From Obrimoposthia wandeli (Eukaryota), in contig CDROCS010002708.1 in assembly GCA_977020255.1 (NCBI GenBank), positions 248,001 to 312,000 of the forward strand: 64,000 nt of DNA, read 5' to 3'. The position numbers and the translations under genes are program-made. Position 1 is the first letter of the stretch. Each line of letters begins with the position of its first letter. A model generated the notes under the pieces. That model had not been told where the DNA came from and did no database searches. It was given only the letters and a program-made list of their open reading frames with translations. Below are positions 39,499-51,299 of the stretch, in pieces.

Positions 39499-40747
39499 GA
39501 CACTCTTATTTTTAAAAATTACATTCACTTGCTAAACCCACTTACTTGTATTGAAAATTCAAACTATCAATCACTTGTTCGTCATACTTGCATTCAATCT
39601 AACTATAATTTATTCAACAAAAACTCTATTTTAATTTACTTATAGTCTAAATTACACTTGCATTCAATCAAACTATCGACACTCTTATTTTTAAATTACA
39701 TTCACTTGCTAAACCCTCTTACTTGTAAATGACATTCATACTTGCATGCATAATTTTATTCATTTACATTCATTCTACCTCTCATTTATTCAAACTCTCA
39801 TTCAAATATTCAAATAAATTAATATTTTTACTAATTTTCTATTAATTCCGTTGTAACTTAGTCGTTGAAACGAAAAGAATGTATAAAGAATGGACTTTCT
39901 TACTTTGTAAATGTTATTCACTTAAGTTTGAAGATGATATTATGAAATTACATAATAAATGTGTTTAATTTTGTATTATTCTCTGACTTCTTTCTTATTT
40001 TATTTTATTTTAATATATAATTGAAGTTATTTAAAGAAATTTTATCATAATTCTATAAATGTGAAAAAAAACCTAGGAAAATAATTTGATCTAAACTTTC
40101 ACATAGAATAGTGTGTGTGTTAAAAACCACATTCCTTAACTGATAAGAGTGAACTTTAGCCTTGATTTTCACATAGAATAGTGTGTGTATGATTACGTCA
40201 TACATTCTTAATTGTTAAGTGTGAACTTTATCATAAATTTTCATTATGGACTAGATCACAAAAAGAAGGGTGGAGACTAGATCACTAAAAGATGGATGGA
40301 GACTAAGCCACTTTACCCTTTCATAGTGGTATATCTCAAAAAGAAGGGTGGAGACTAAGCCACTTTACCCTTTCATAGTGGTATATCTCAAAAAGAAGGG
40401 TGGAGACTAAGCCACTTTACCCTTTCATAGTGGTATATCTCAAAAAGAAGGGTGGAGACTAAGCCAATTGACCCTTTAAACTATGGACGACCATAGTAGT
40501 ATATCAAGGAAGGATGGAGTCTAAGCCAATTTACCCCCCCCCCCCTAAAGGGTGTCACTCCATAAGGATGTCACATCATAAAAGGTGTCTTGCCATACCA
40601 TAAGGGTATATGTTGGGTCACCGAAGGTGAGGCAACATATACCCTTATGGTGTGGCAAGACATATTTTATGATGTGACATCCTTATGGAGTGACACCCTT
40701 TAGGGGGGGGGGGGTAAATTGGCTTAGACTCCATCCTTCCACCTACT
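39499..40747 (-). repeat. Right terminal inverted repeat (about 1.25 kb)
   Basis: Matches the left TIR and includes about 1.2 inverted units of the 179-bp satellite at its inner end. Confidence 0.95.
40508..40740. other. Terminal imperfect palindrome (hairpin) of the right TIR
   Basis: Same palindrome, with a TCACC-GAA-GGTGA loop at 40623-40625. Confidence 0.95.
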
Positions 40748-40753
40748 GTAGGG

Positions 40754-40960
40754 TATAAGCTTCGTCTCTCTAGTTCAACCTTAACCAGAATCGATGAGAG
40801 ACAATGAAACCTAAGACTTTCAGTGTTTAATCAATATTACTACAAGACTCATTAATTTAAAAGTTAATTAACAATGTGATCTTGATAATCCTAACCAATC
40901 TTAATTTAGATGAAAATGCCGTCCAAATCCCAGGTCCAATGCTGTTACAAAGATACACAT
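40754..40960 (-). pseudogene. Upstream part of the same LINE RT, on the far side of the insertion
   Basis: Removing 26596-40753 gives minus-strand TRETKLIPYL*KGKDSKY...MERVLNHRL in one frame, which is the conserved IPIxKxGKD...YRPISL region. Confidence 0.8.
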
Positions 40961-41038
40961 TTGATAAACATCAGATGCTGACAATTGTTCATAATATTCA
41001 TTCAGAAATTTTTTGTTGAGTTATTGGATGAGATTACT

Positions 41039-41110
41039 GGTCGTAATAGTTCAATGGTAGAATTCATGACTTGCAGGTAGTGAGACCTATGGTTCAATCC
41101 TCTAATTTAG
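41039..41110 (+). pseudogene. Degenerate tRNA (Gly-like) or tRNA-derived SINE head
   Basis: TAGTTCAATGGTAGAATTC (A box) and GGTTCAATCC (B box) at tRNA spacing, resembling tRNA-Gly TGGTTCAGTGGTAGAATTCTC...GGTTCGATTCC. Stems are poorly paired. Confidence 0.5.
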
Positions 41111-41861
41111 AGGTTCAACTAATTTCTCCGAACCTAACATTTGGTAATTTAAAGAGTTTCCAGAATACAGTTTGATGTCATAATTTGTTAGTTTTTCCCG
41201 CCGTATGTTTTTAACCTATTAAGAAGCCTATAATTATAATTAAAATTACAACATGAATGCTGTAATAACTATGTAATATTATGTTGCTATTTTGAGTTAA
41301 GTGACGTATAGGACATAATTAAACTCCCTTGTTTAAAACATATTTATCATGTACATATTAGGAAATGAGTATTAATATATAAAAAGATAAACAAATTCAT
41401 TTCATAAATTGATACTGGCATTAATAGATTAAACAAAATGCACAATCTATAATTGTTTATATTCATAAACTTAAATATAAAAATCTATTATTTAATAGAA
41501 AACATATATTTAATACATCGCAATTATCTCAATTATTATAAAGCTTATTATTCAGACGCTTGACAAATAAAATGTTCTAAAGAGGGATAAGTTGATGTGT
41601 CTACTGAATTCTTCAATATTATTACACTTTGTTACTGCAAATGGCCAACTATTGTAAAGATTGTATGCATAATTTGATTTCTGTACGTTTTCAAACAATC
41701 GTTCTAATCAAAGTAATTTTGATAATTAGGATTTTCAGAAACCTAGTAACTGCGAAGGCCAATAGGACCAATGATAAACAACAAACTCTAAGCAATATAT
41801 ATCGACTACAACATAATAACTTGTACAGTCCACTGACAAAGCAGCTTGTAATCGAACCCAT

Positions 41862-42008
41862 CTACGCGTATTCTTCGTAAGCTTTCAGAATCTGACAACT
41901 CGGAGTGAATATGAAGTTGTTGTAGTTGGCCTGGATTTTCGGCATCACGATGTCCATTAGTGACGAGTACTTCGGGCTATACCTGGTGTCAGACTGTACT
42001 CTCTCGTC
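41862..42008 (-). CDS. NDUFA10: NDUFA10 exon 7 (terminal)
   Basis: ttgcAG acceptor. DERVQSDTRYSPKYSSLMD...EEYA-stop, where RYSPKY parallels the KYSPGY C-terminal motif. Confidence 0.8.
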   Translation of the reverse strand, partial: DERVQSDTRYSPKYSSLMDIVMPKIQANYNNFIFTPSCQILKAYEEYA

Positions 42009-42028
42009 CTGCAATCACAGAGTATCAG

Positions 42029-42211
42029 TACAGTAATTATTCACCTATAAGGGGTCCCACCTATAAGGGTGTCCGGTCACCGAAAATTTCACGCTTCACC
42101 TATAATAGTACCTTTCCAAGCTTTTAAATAATGCATCTATAAGTGATTCGGTGTCGGTCTCTCTCAAAAACATGTTTTAATGAATACTCTTACAGGTGAA
42201 TAATTACTGTA
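42029..42211. mobile_element. Tc1/mariner-type MITE
   Basis: Perfect TIRs TACAGTAATTATTCACCT and AGGTGAATAATTACTGTA with TA ends. It lies 20 nt from the NDUFA10 exon 7 acceptor. Confidence 0.85.
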
Positions 42212-44693
42212 GTAACTATACACAGAGATTAACATATCAGGGTTGAAAAATAGAGTACTGGGAAGGCGATTCAAAAAAGGTACTATTGGATTAAAAGGTG
42301 ATTTAAAATTTGAATCTTTAAAAAGCTAAACTTTCATTGCAAAAGCAAATAATTTGAAGGTTAAACTTTTACTTAAGACACGTTTTCAAGCATTTCCAAA
42401 TGTTTGCCGTTTCTTTATGACAATTTCCTCCAAATTTTCTGCATGTTCATTAGACAATTTACTAAAGGTAGCCTCTTAGAAAAACCGATCTAAAATTTTA
42501 AACTATTTCCGGAGTTTGGGTTATAGATGGTCTACCATAATTTTTAGTTGACACTGTCCTTATTTATTAATTAAGTTTTGTAATGTTAAGGATGAATATG
42601 GTTATGACTTCATGTTTAATTTCCATTTACTTTGCATCAATAAGATATATTTAGTTACCAAATATATTCATTCTAAGGTTTTAATATTGGGCATTAGTAT
42701 AGCTTTACTCACAGAAGCAATTAAACAAATCACCATTTGCAAAAATTGACGAATACAGCTTATAAATTTTGATTCATAAAATAAAATTTTAAAACATAAT
42801 TATTAAATAAAATATATATAGAAATGTAATAATTAAAAATAATAATTATAAAACAATTACAATTTCAAAGTAGTTTTAAATATATAAATAAATAACATAA
42901 TTTTAATTCGAAGTTCTATCGACTGTTATCGATGTTTTGAGATTGTATAAATACATAACATAATAGTTAAATCAATTTAATAGTTAAAATATTTTAATAT
43001 TTGTAATAATAATTTATAATATTTAATTTTAATGTATAATACAATAATATATAATAATTTTATAATATTTTAATGTTTGTAACAATGGTATAAAATAATT
43101 TATAACATAATTAGTAATATTTTCATTTTAAAGTTTGTAATAGTATACTTACAAACAATCAGAAGTATAAAGTCTCAAATAAAATAATTTAGAAACGTAC
43201 AGGTCAGTAAATTAACCAAAATTACTATCTCAAATTATAAGCTTAATTATTCGTAAATTTAAATTTGTGGTATTTACCAAAACATTAGTATTTATATGTT
43301 TAAACAAATTTAAAAATATTTTAGTTTACCCAAAAAAAGTTATAACACTTTAGAATCCTATAAACATTTTGAATCACCATGTATAACCATTAGGAGGCTA
43401 GTTTAAGAACAAATCCGAGATAATAAAACGAATATACCAGAATAGGGACAACTATAAGAGTTCAATTGAAATATAAATGTAAAAAAATATATAATTAAAA
43501 AATAAATGACACTATTACCTTAATTCATCTTAACCTCGAGTATATATTGCAGGAAATAGGCTGTTTATATAGGAGTTTTGATAATATGATATGGTTTTCT
43601 AGTGAACTAGGGATATATAGGGCCCAATAAACGTGAGCTTACTGGCCATCCGCTATTTTGTTAAGGCCTCGAAACACTTAAGCACTAGGTAACACAATTC
43701 AACTTACTAAATTAATTATTTATCCTCACATGTGTGGAAATCAAAACGGAATTTTAAAATATACTGCTAAAATGTCAAAATTGGAAATTTTCTGAAGTTA
43801 AAATTTGATTTTCGTCGTTGTTCTGACGTGAAATTTATCATGTTTGACATCTCAGTCTTAGTTAATTTCTTGTAAAGTTCGGTAAAAAGAGAGCTTCAAT
43901 AGATGTTTTAACAGCTTGTCAAAGATAATGGCAAACATGTAATTTCCCATATGTCGACCTGATAATTGACGAACGCCGTCATTTTTAATCTTATCATTAC
44001 GCTTCACACTTTAATAGCATCGTATAATGTAAGAGATTTGTACTCCAATGTAGCATGATTACGAAACCAGTCTTCATTGACTTGATCATTTTAGAGCATC
44101 AATTTATTGTTTTTTTTATTTTTGTAGGATGGTTCTATTAAAAATTATTTAACAATGAAAGTTAATTAATTAGTGATTTAAATTAATAAATCACTATTTT
44201 TAAACAGCTTTCTTTATTGGAAGATAATGTGACAAACATATAGTACATTTATCATTATCTCTTTTTTCACACAAACAAGTCTTAGTTTCCTCAATTTACC
44301 TATAAGTCTTCACTACTTAACATGTTTTCGTACATTTATTTTGTATTATGTTTATATTTCTGATTTACATTTTTGATTAAAAAAATGTCCTTTTATAAAT
44401 TTAGGACTCAATAATTTATTAAAGCTGGTCTTCTAATAATATTTTTGTCAAACTCTATTAACATTGTTTTGATAATTATTTGTGAGGATATTTTGTAATT
44501 GTCCACTTTGATAACTTCTTTTATTATTGTCTGTGCCATGACTGCGAGAATGTTTTTTTGAATTGGACAGATTTTCGGATGAATCTGATTAATTGTCCCA
44601 CTTGATCTTTGTCGAAATAAATACAATTGTTTGATAAATAAAACTTTTGAACACACTATGTTTTACAAAAGGGCAATTAAATGATTCACTTAC

Positions 44694-44814
44694 ATACTTG
44701 AAGAGAGCAGTAAATCGCTCACGGTCAACTTGACTGTAGCAGCCTTCCGGTACAGCGAAAGGAATTCTTATTTCTCTGAAGCCTTTAGCAAAACATTTTC
44801 TTGCAAAAGACCAA
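44694..44814 (-). CDS. NDUFA10: NDUFA10 exon 6
   Basis: tttcAG acceptor and GTAAGT donor. WSFARKCFAKGFREIRIPFAVPEGCYSQVDRERFTALFKY (VPE motif). Confidence 0.82.
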
Positions 44815-45771
44815 CTGAAATTTAAAGGTTGTTTCAAATAAAAAGAGGAAATATCGGGTAATATCAAAAATAAAATAATAGTGATATACTTTACTTTTAT
44901 TTGCCTGAGCTATTTCTCTTCCTATTCAAGGTCATATACACTAGCACATAATTTAAACTAAACGAGATATTGATTTCTCAGGAGATTAACGCTTGTTTAC
45001 CAAATTTCAGATGACCTAATTGAAATGATTATTTTAAAAGCGTTGTAAATTTCCCATAAACACCAAAATTACTGTTTGAAAAGATGAAATGACGACTTTG
45101 TGAATCGTAATTTGTATATTTTCTACACACTTAAAATTGCACAAATTACCGCATATTCAGGACAGATGCATTTCACTGACCTCCTCACCCTCGGTACCCA
45201 AGTGTTTTCATTAGCACATTAATACCACAATCGTAAACAGTGGTTTCAAAAGGTAGTCAAGTCCTTTGTTTATTCACGAATGCAAAAGATTTGAGGAAAT
45301 ATATTTTTAAATCAATAACAATTCGTTTCTTATGGACGTAAAAATACAATATCGTAATACCACTGAATCTAGATAGAAAGAATAAATTGAAAAATAATGC
45401 AACGTTTAATCGTAATAACTCCAATACGAAATCGGCTGACTTTTATGGAATTCCCCCATACTTACTGATTTTAAAAATGTATTTTTTATGTTAAACCAAA
45501 ATCTTTAAAAGATGTGCTGCGACAAGAATATGTAAAAATCTCGGAAATGTTATCAGACTTCACCAATGTTTAAAAAACCGGGTTTCAAGATAAACAGTGT
45601 GGAATTGTACAATTATTTGCCATCGAGCATGGGAAATCCAGAAATGACAACACAGTCAAATAAGATTGAAGAATCTAACTATTCAAGTAGTTGTAAATTT
45701 GAAGAGTTCCCTCGGCACTGTGTTGATATGTTATGATGGAAGACCGTTTCATAGTCGATTATTGGACTCAC

Positions 45772-45893
45772 TGTTTTCGGTTTATGTGTAGCGTGATGGT
45801 GTTGTGGGTTTCATCGCGCCAATCTTTGAACATCATGTCGAAGTCGTCAAACTGTTTGTAGTCCCGGTTCATTTTGGCGATCGATTCAGCTAT
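45772..45893 (-). CDS. NDUFA10: NDUFA10 exon 5
   Basis: gtccAG acceptor and GTGAGT donor. IAESIAKMNRDYKQFDDFDMMFKDWRDE..., phase-consistent. Confidence 0.82.
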
Positions 45894-46639
45894 CTGGACA
45901 CCAACACAAGGACACAGAAAATTAAATAAAGGTACAATAAAAAAATCTCTTTGACAGCCCACAATGTAGACGACCATTACATAGCCAACAACTTTATCTG
46001 TAGCTAAAACACTTTGACAATGAGTCAATTATATTTAAACAAGATCAAGTGGGTACTACAACCATTACCATTTACAATCGTAAGGATTCAAATTATTGTC
46101 CTCGAATTCCAACAATAAATGTGTTACCATTTTACAAAAATGTAATTAAAATCCATTTCGCTCGAATTCCGAGATATCGACAAGGTCTGAAAACACATGT
46201 ATACACAAAATAACGAGTTGAAATTTATATTAAACAGTAAATTTAACTAACAATTAATTGTAAGGTACGATCTGTAACGAAAACATGAAATGCTTGTTTT
46301 GGTTTCTAATAGATTCCAGCGTTGCAAACGCGAGTCAAGTATTTCAACTTACTTATTAATAAAGGTTCTCTAACAATCGCCATTTCTTAATCTTTAATTC
46401 ACAACATAATTTTCAATAATAATCTCTGCAGTGATAATTTAACTACATAAGGTTAATATTTTTAATTTTTTAGAACGTGATGATGCATTAAAACTATTTG
46501 TGTCGTAATCATGGTGCAAAACTATCCCTGGCAACTAATTTTCATGTTGCACTGTGTAATTCAGTATTTTTCTTGAGTATTGAAAAGTATTTTAAAGTAT
46601 CTTTTTGATCTTCTGTTTATTGCTTTTATCATTATACAC

Positions 46640-47340
46640 AAATATTCTTATTAAAGGTTCACAAAGATATGAAGTAATATGACCAAGGAGAGAAATTTTG
46701 TTATACTAGTATTGTTCGATTTTATCATCAAAAAAGAAGAAATATTTAAATCATAATTGGAGAATTTGAGGAAAATTGAAATTATAAAAGAAATAGAAAC
46801 TTGGAGTATATTAGATATCTTAAATTAAAAAGACAGACAAAATCCATTCGTTTTGATTGCAAAATACTATAAATTATTAATGGAGTTAAGGTCGGTAACA
46901 AGGAAATAAATGCGAAATAGTCCAAAAGAAATCAGGGATTTATTCATGACAAGAAACTGAATATAGATTCTCAAGTTAACAGTATTGTTAGAAGCTGTAA
47001 AAATCAAATAAGAATCAGTAAATTTGAAAATATTCATCCATCATGTTCATAATTCTATTGTCACTTCTAGGCAACTTCCACAACTCATTATTGTACAATC
47101 CTCCCAAATTTTATTTAAGTCTGTCCCTGAAATTGAAATTTTAAATAGAAATGACGATAAAAGTATACTGGTAATTCAAAAATTTAAATCGACGAAATAA
47201 GATCGTGTTTTACGGGTGTATGCATACAAGCCTCATAATAGTTTGCAATTATCAGTGTAATATTTTTTAATAATTCAGAAGACACATCACGACGTCCTCG
47301 TTTAGAATAACTGCAGTTGACTATTTTGTAAAGCATTATT
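46640..47340 (+). mobile_element. LINE 3' ORF2 remnant in NDUFA10 intron 4
   Basis: Decayed pieces such as ELNIDSQVNSIVRSCKNQIR are similar to the copies at about 14.7 and 49.0 kb. Confidence 0.5.
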
Positions 47341-47394
47341 AAGAAATGTTCGCTATATTAAATATATGTAATGTTATTAAGGAGCAAAACTCAC

Positions 47395-47553
47395 ATATGT
47401 GAAGTCCTCTTCGTCATCAATATCTAGTTCACTGATATCGACAGTGAATACCTTTGATGATTTGCTAATATCCGACAGAAACACGTTCTGGAATATTTCG
47501 TCGTAAGTTTCTAGAAACTCATCTGTGATTCGCGATGCGGTTGCCTCCCACTT
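47395..47553 (-). CDS. NDUFA10: NDUFA10 exon 4
   Basis: ctaactcattcAG acceptor and GTGAG donor. KWEATASRITDEFLETYDEIFQNVFLSDISKSSKVFTVD.... Confidence 0.85.
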
Positions 47554-47597
47554 CTGAATGAGTTAGCAATTAAAAACCCAATTATATTGAGATAGTT

Positions 47598-48270
47598 AGC
47601 GGTTCCCAATCGCTTTAAGTGTATTCACCCCTTTAGCACAAAAATACAACGGAATTTAATTACATAACAGTTCCTATAGAGACCAACTAATGTGATCTTT
47701 GACCTTGCTGTTTTCTTCAAATCGAGGTATGGTGAATGGTAAAGCACGCCCGAGATCATCTTCACCCAGCAATTTATTTACATATTTAGTTTTCATAGCT
47801 AACAGGGTTGCAAATTCCCTTTCAAAAGATATATGGAAGAAAATGGTAAAAGCACCCGTATTGCAATGTCTGATTTATGGGAATACAAAATTCATTGAAC
47901 ACCAGAACTCATTAATGGTCTGATTCGAGTATATCTTTAGCCGTAGATTCGTTTATTAGTTCAATAAACTTCCCTTGAATTTGTTTACCCATTTCTGGAA
48001 TGCCACAGAAAAACGGGTTTCTGGTTAAGTGAAAACTTGGTCGATGCCAGTCAGGAAAATATATTTTGGGCCGATCTTCACGTTTGTATATAAAATCTGT
48101 AATATATGTTAAAACAATCCCGGCTAAACGGCCAACACCAAGGACTTGTGTCAAACATGGAAATATTATAAGATATATATGGTAAACAATTTGATTAGGT
48201 GTATACAAGTTCACGTCCGTCTTTTTAAAGAAAGTATATATATATAAAAAGATTGATTTGTTAAAACAAA
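47598..48270 (-). mobile_element. hAT (Buster/Charlie-like) transposon 3' remnant in NDUFA10 intron 3
   Basis: KIYFP..RNPF...INEFW...AIRVLLPFSSIYL / FATLLAMKTKYVNKLLGEDDLGRAL..IPRF is the hAT dimerisation domain. TIR-like AGCGGTTCCCAA at 47598. Confidence 0.8.
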
Positions 48271-48299
48271 TTTCGAACGAATTCATTTTTTCTACTCAC

Positions 48300-48418
48300 C
48301 GATTCTTTAGCTAGATTGGATTTGATTTTGTCCGGGGTACCCTTCAAATATACAATGAAGTTCGGTCGCAGAAGATTCGGTAGCGATTCTCCGCGAATCA
48401 ATTTGTAAAATTTGTAGG
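48300..48418 (-). CDS. NDUFA10: NDUFA10 exon 3
   Basis: tttAG acceptor and GTGAGT donor. AYKFYKLIRGESLPNLLRPNFIVYLKGTPDKIKSNLAKES corresponds to the PHLVIYxD motif region. Confidence 0.85.
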
Positions 48419-48498
48419 CTAAATACAAATAATATAAAAAGCTCAGTTTTTAGTTTTGATAATGTAAATTGTATACTTTATGAGAGGAACTACTCGGG

Positions 48499-48581
48499 TA
48501 CGTACTCGTGTATAAACTGAGTTCCCCCTAAATTAGAGCTGCTAAAGTAAAGGGTCAGCTTATACACGAGTAGGCACCGTA
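48499..48581. mobile_element. Mini pogo/Tigger-type MITE
   Basis: Inverted repeats ctcgtgtataaactga and tcagcttatacacgag. Confidence 0.6.
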
Positions 48582-49390
48582 ATCGTTTTAAACAGACTAT
48601 AAATTTATTTAGTGTCTCAAGTTACCATTTCATCTCTTCCCACTGACGTAGAATTTGATTTTAAATGTGTTTCAAACAATAACTTGATAAAAATAACAAC
48701 CCCGCAATGTTTTATTATTATTTTAATCAATTTTATCCTCCATAGATTGTATATAGGGAGTACCATATGGCTATATTCAAGGTAAAATATTGTTTCTTTG
48801 TTGTTTATACTAATTCGATAAAGAAAATGCTGCATGTAATTCAAGCTGATGTTTGGGGAATTTGAGGAAAAACGAAAATGAACCAAAAATAAAAGCCAGA
48901 CGTTTAAAATATGTCTTAAATTAAGGGTGAAACAGGATTCATTATTTTTGGCTCACAAAATACCATATAATTATCAATGGAACTAAGAGTTATCTTAAAG
49001 TCAAAAACAATGAGATTCAATCAGAAATTCGGGATTTATTCTTGATAAGAAACTAAAAAGGGATTTTCAAGTTAACACAATTGTGTGAAGCCATAGCTAG
49101 CAAATCGCCAGTTATGTTTACTAAGCATTCATATTATTTGTGTAAATTCAATATATGAAGACTGTAAAAGTTTGAAAAGAATTTGCGGACGTTAAATCCC
49201 CAGTAATTTATCCGGTTTTCCACATACAATTATGATCCATAATCAAAGTAGTAAATTTGTAAAGTGATTCTGAATAATAAATACAATTACATACCCATTG
49301 AGTCCTGTAAGCATAATATTTGACTTTCATGATTTTTCATTATTCGCATAAGGTTAATTTGATTATAACTGATTTTCGTCTATTTAATTA

Positions 49391-49914
49391 TATAGTGAAA
49401 CGCGGTTAATTCGCCAATATTTGGGACAGAAAAATAATGGCGAATTGTTCAAGGTGGCAAATACCCAATTTTGAGAAAAATATGTAACTGTAGTCGTGTT
49501 AATCACATATATACATTAGAACTTTTATCACAAAAGTTTAAATATCAGAAAAACAATTTAAAACTCCAACACAATTTATCGTATTCAATAAAAAAACTTA
49601 TTAGAAGTGTATTTGTTTCGCTTCATGGGATTTTATGTATTGCTGACTGTTATTTTCTTTGAAATCTAACATGAATTATTACAAGAAAAGTTAAGCATAC
49701 ATCAAAAACTAATATATTGAATTTTTAAGCAACAAAAAATAAACGTTTTTACACTTGGTGAATTAGCAGGGCTGGCTTACATTATATTTATACTTTAAAA
49801 ATATAACAAACTACGAATTAAGCGAGGGCGAATTATTCTTTTTGTATTTTAGCATCCTTTACAAAGCATTATTTGGTACAACAAAAAATGACAAATTAAC
49901 CAAGTTTCACTGTA
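49391..49914. mobile_element. pogo-type MITE
   Basis: TATAGTGAAACGCGGTTAATT and AATTAACCAAGTTTCACTGTA are imperfect TIRs with TA ends. Confidence 0.7.
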
Positions 49915-49999
49915 TTGTCATAATACATTAAATTGTCGCTATTAATTTAGTTTTAAATAAATAAAAATTCTATTTTATTTGATATAATCAACAAAATTC

Positions 50000-50800
50000 T
50001 TGATGAGGTTATCAAAAACGAATGTGAATTCTATCTTGGAAGTGTGTTTCATGTTTTAATATCATCTTCTATACTCAGTAGGACTTTTAACCTGAACAAA
50101 TGTTGTAGAAATAATGCTTAACTAAAGTATGGTTTTAAGATATGGATCATTTGTGACAAGTAGGGCTAACTTTTTACTTTGAACCATACTGCGTTACAAA
50201 AACTAATTACACGGGAAAATTCGAGAATGGTCTAAGCTAAGATGTTGTGATGACACAGCTTTAACAAACTAATGTTGATCCTAGTCCCATTATTTATATG
50301 GACAACTTTTCCACTAATATCCTCTTGTCAGAGACTATGCTGGATAATGTAATTGAGGGAGTTGGCACTCTGTGAAATCTACAACAACAAATCATAATCA
50401 AGTAATGGAGTTTTTGAATAAAAAACATAAATGTATGCATTGTACCTCTTTAGATCTTCAAGACAAAAAATGTCATTCTTAATCAATTTATAAGAGGAGT
50501 CGATAAGGGAAAGGAAACATACTAGGTCAATAAGACTGTAGTGGAATATTTTTCTCGTGCATAATCAAAACAGTTAAAATCAACGATAATAAGCTTCTTC
50601 TAGATTAAAAATCGGGAAAGAACATGTACAATGTACATCAATTCAAAATATTTCACAGATTGGTGGAAGAAATCACTGACATTGCTCATGGTAAATGTTC
50701 AGTGTGCAAGAAACACACTTGTGGTGGTTGTGAGAAATGTGATGTGGCTTTGTATATTGATTGTTATAAACAGTTTCAACCAAAAATGTATAAATTATAT
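50000..50800 (+). pseudogene. piggyBac transposase remnant in NDUFA10 intron 2
   Basis: KYGFKIWIICD...FEPY, IYMDNFST (catalytic DN motif), GVGTL, and the C-terminal Cys-rich CSVCKKHT..CEKCDVAL..DCYK. Confidence 0.85.
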
Positions 50801-51170
50801 TTATTATATACCGTAGGCACACATTTTGTTTTTATTATAATTATTTGTGTCTCATCAAAATAAAATACAAAATAAAATCAATTTTCATACCGAATTGATT
50901 AAGAATTTTGTGCCATATTAAATATATGTTATATTTTATTCTTTTTTGTCAATGCTGGGTCCAATGTCATAGTTCAGAGAGATACAAAAGAAAGTTTTAT
51001 CAATAAGTTTAAATGAAAATAGTAAAAATTAAAACTAGCTCAACCTTTTCATTCTGAAGCATTTTAAAAGCTTTACCAAATCTATATTTCTTAAATTAAT
51101 TGATTAATTAAAACAATCTTACATTTAAAAAAATTCCTAAAGTTTTACTATACCGAAAATAGTATTCAAC

Positions 51171-51257
51171 CTGAATCGCTCAACATTTTTTGTCTATTCA
51201 GCGTCAATGCCATCACGTGGTCCGACCAAACGGACCGTTTCTGCACGAATCCTTGCC
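51171..51257 (-). CDS. NDUFA10: NDUFA10 exon 2
   Basis: Follows a 42-nt in-frame intron (51258-51299, ctgactcAG acceptor). GQGFVQKRSVWSD corresponds to the conserved GQGVVLERSIFSD. Confidence 0.88.
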
Positions 51258-51299
51258 CTGAGTCAGGCAAATAACATACATTAACCAAAGTAATCCAAC

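Larger units (their letters stand above)
26596..40747. mobile_element. Non-autonomous, non-coding Polinton/Maverick-type element, 14,152 bp
   Basis: Termini 5'-AGTAGGTGG...CCACCTACT-3', identical 6-bp flanks GTAGGG (26590-26595 and 40748-40753), long near-identical TIRs, and a reconstructable empty site within a LINE frame. Confidence 0.88.

Noticed and set aside
43700-44110. Decayed minus-strand coding-like segment with KKLTKTEMSNMINFT, resembling the Argonaute L2 region
   Set aside because: Only one short motif, the flanks do not fit PAZ or MID, and there are many stops. Probably an unassigned TE remnant.
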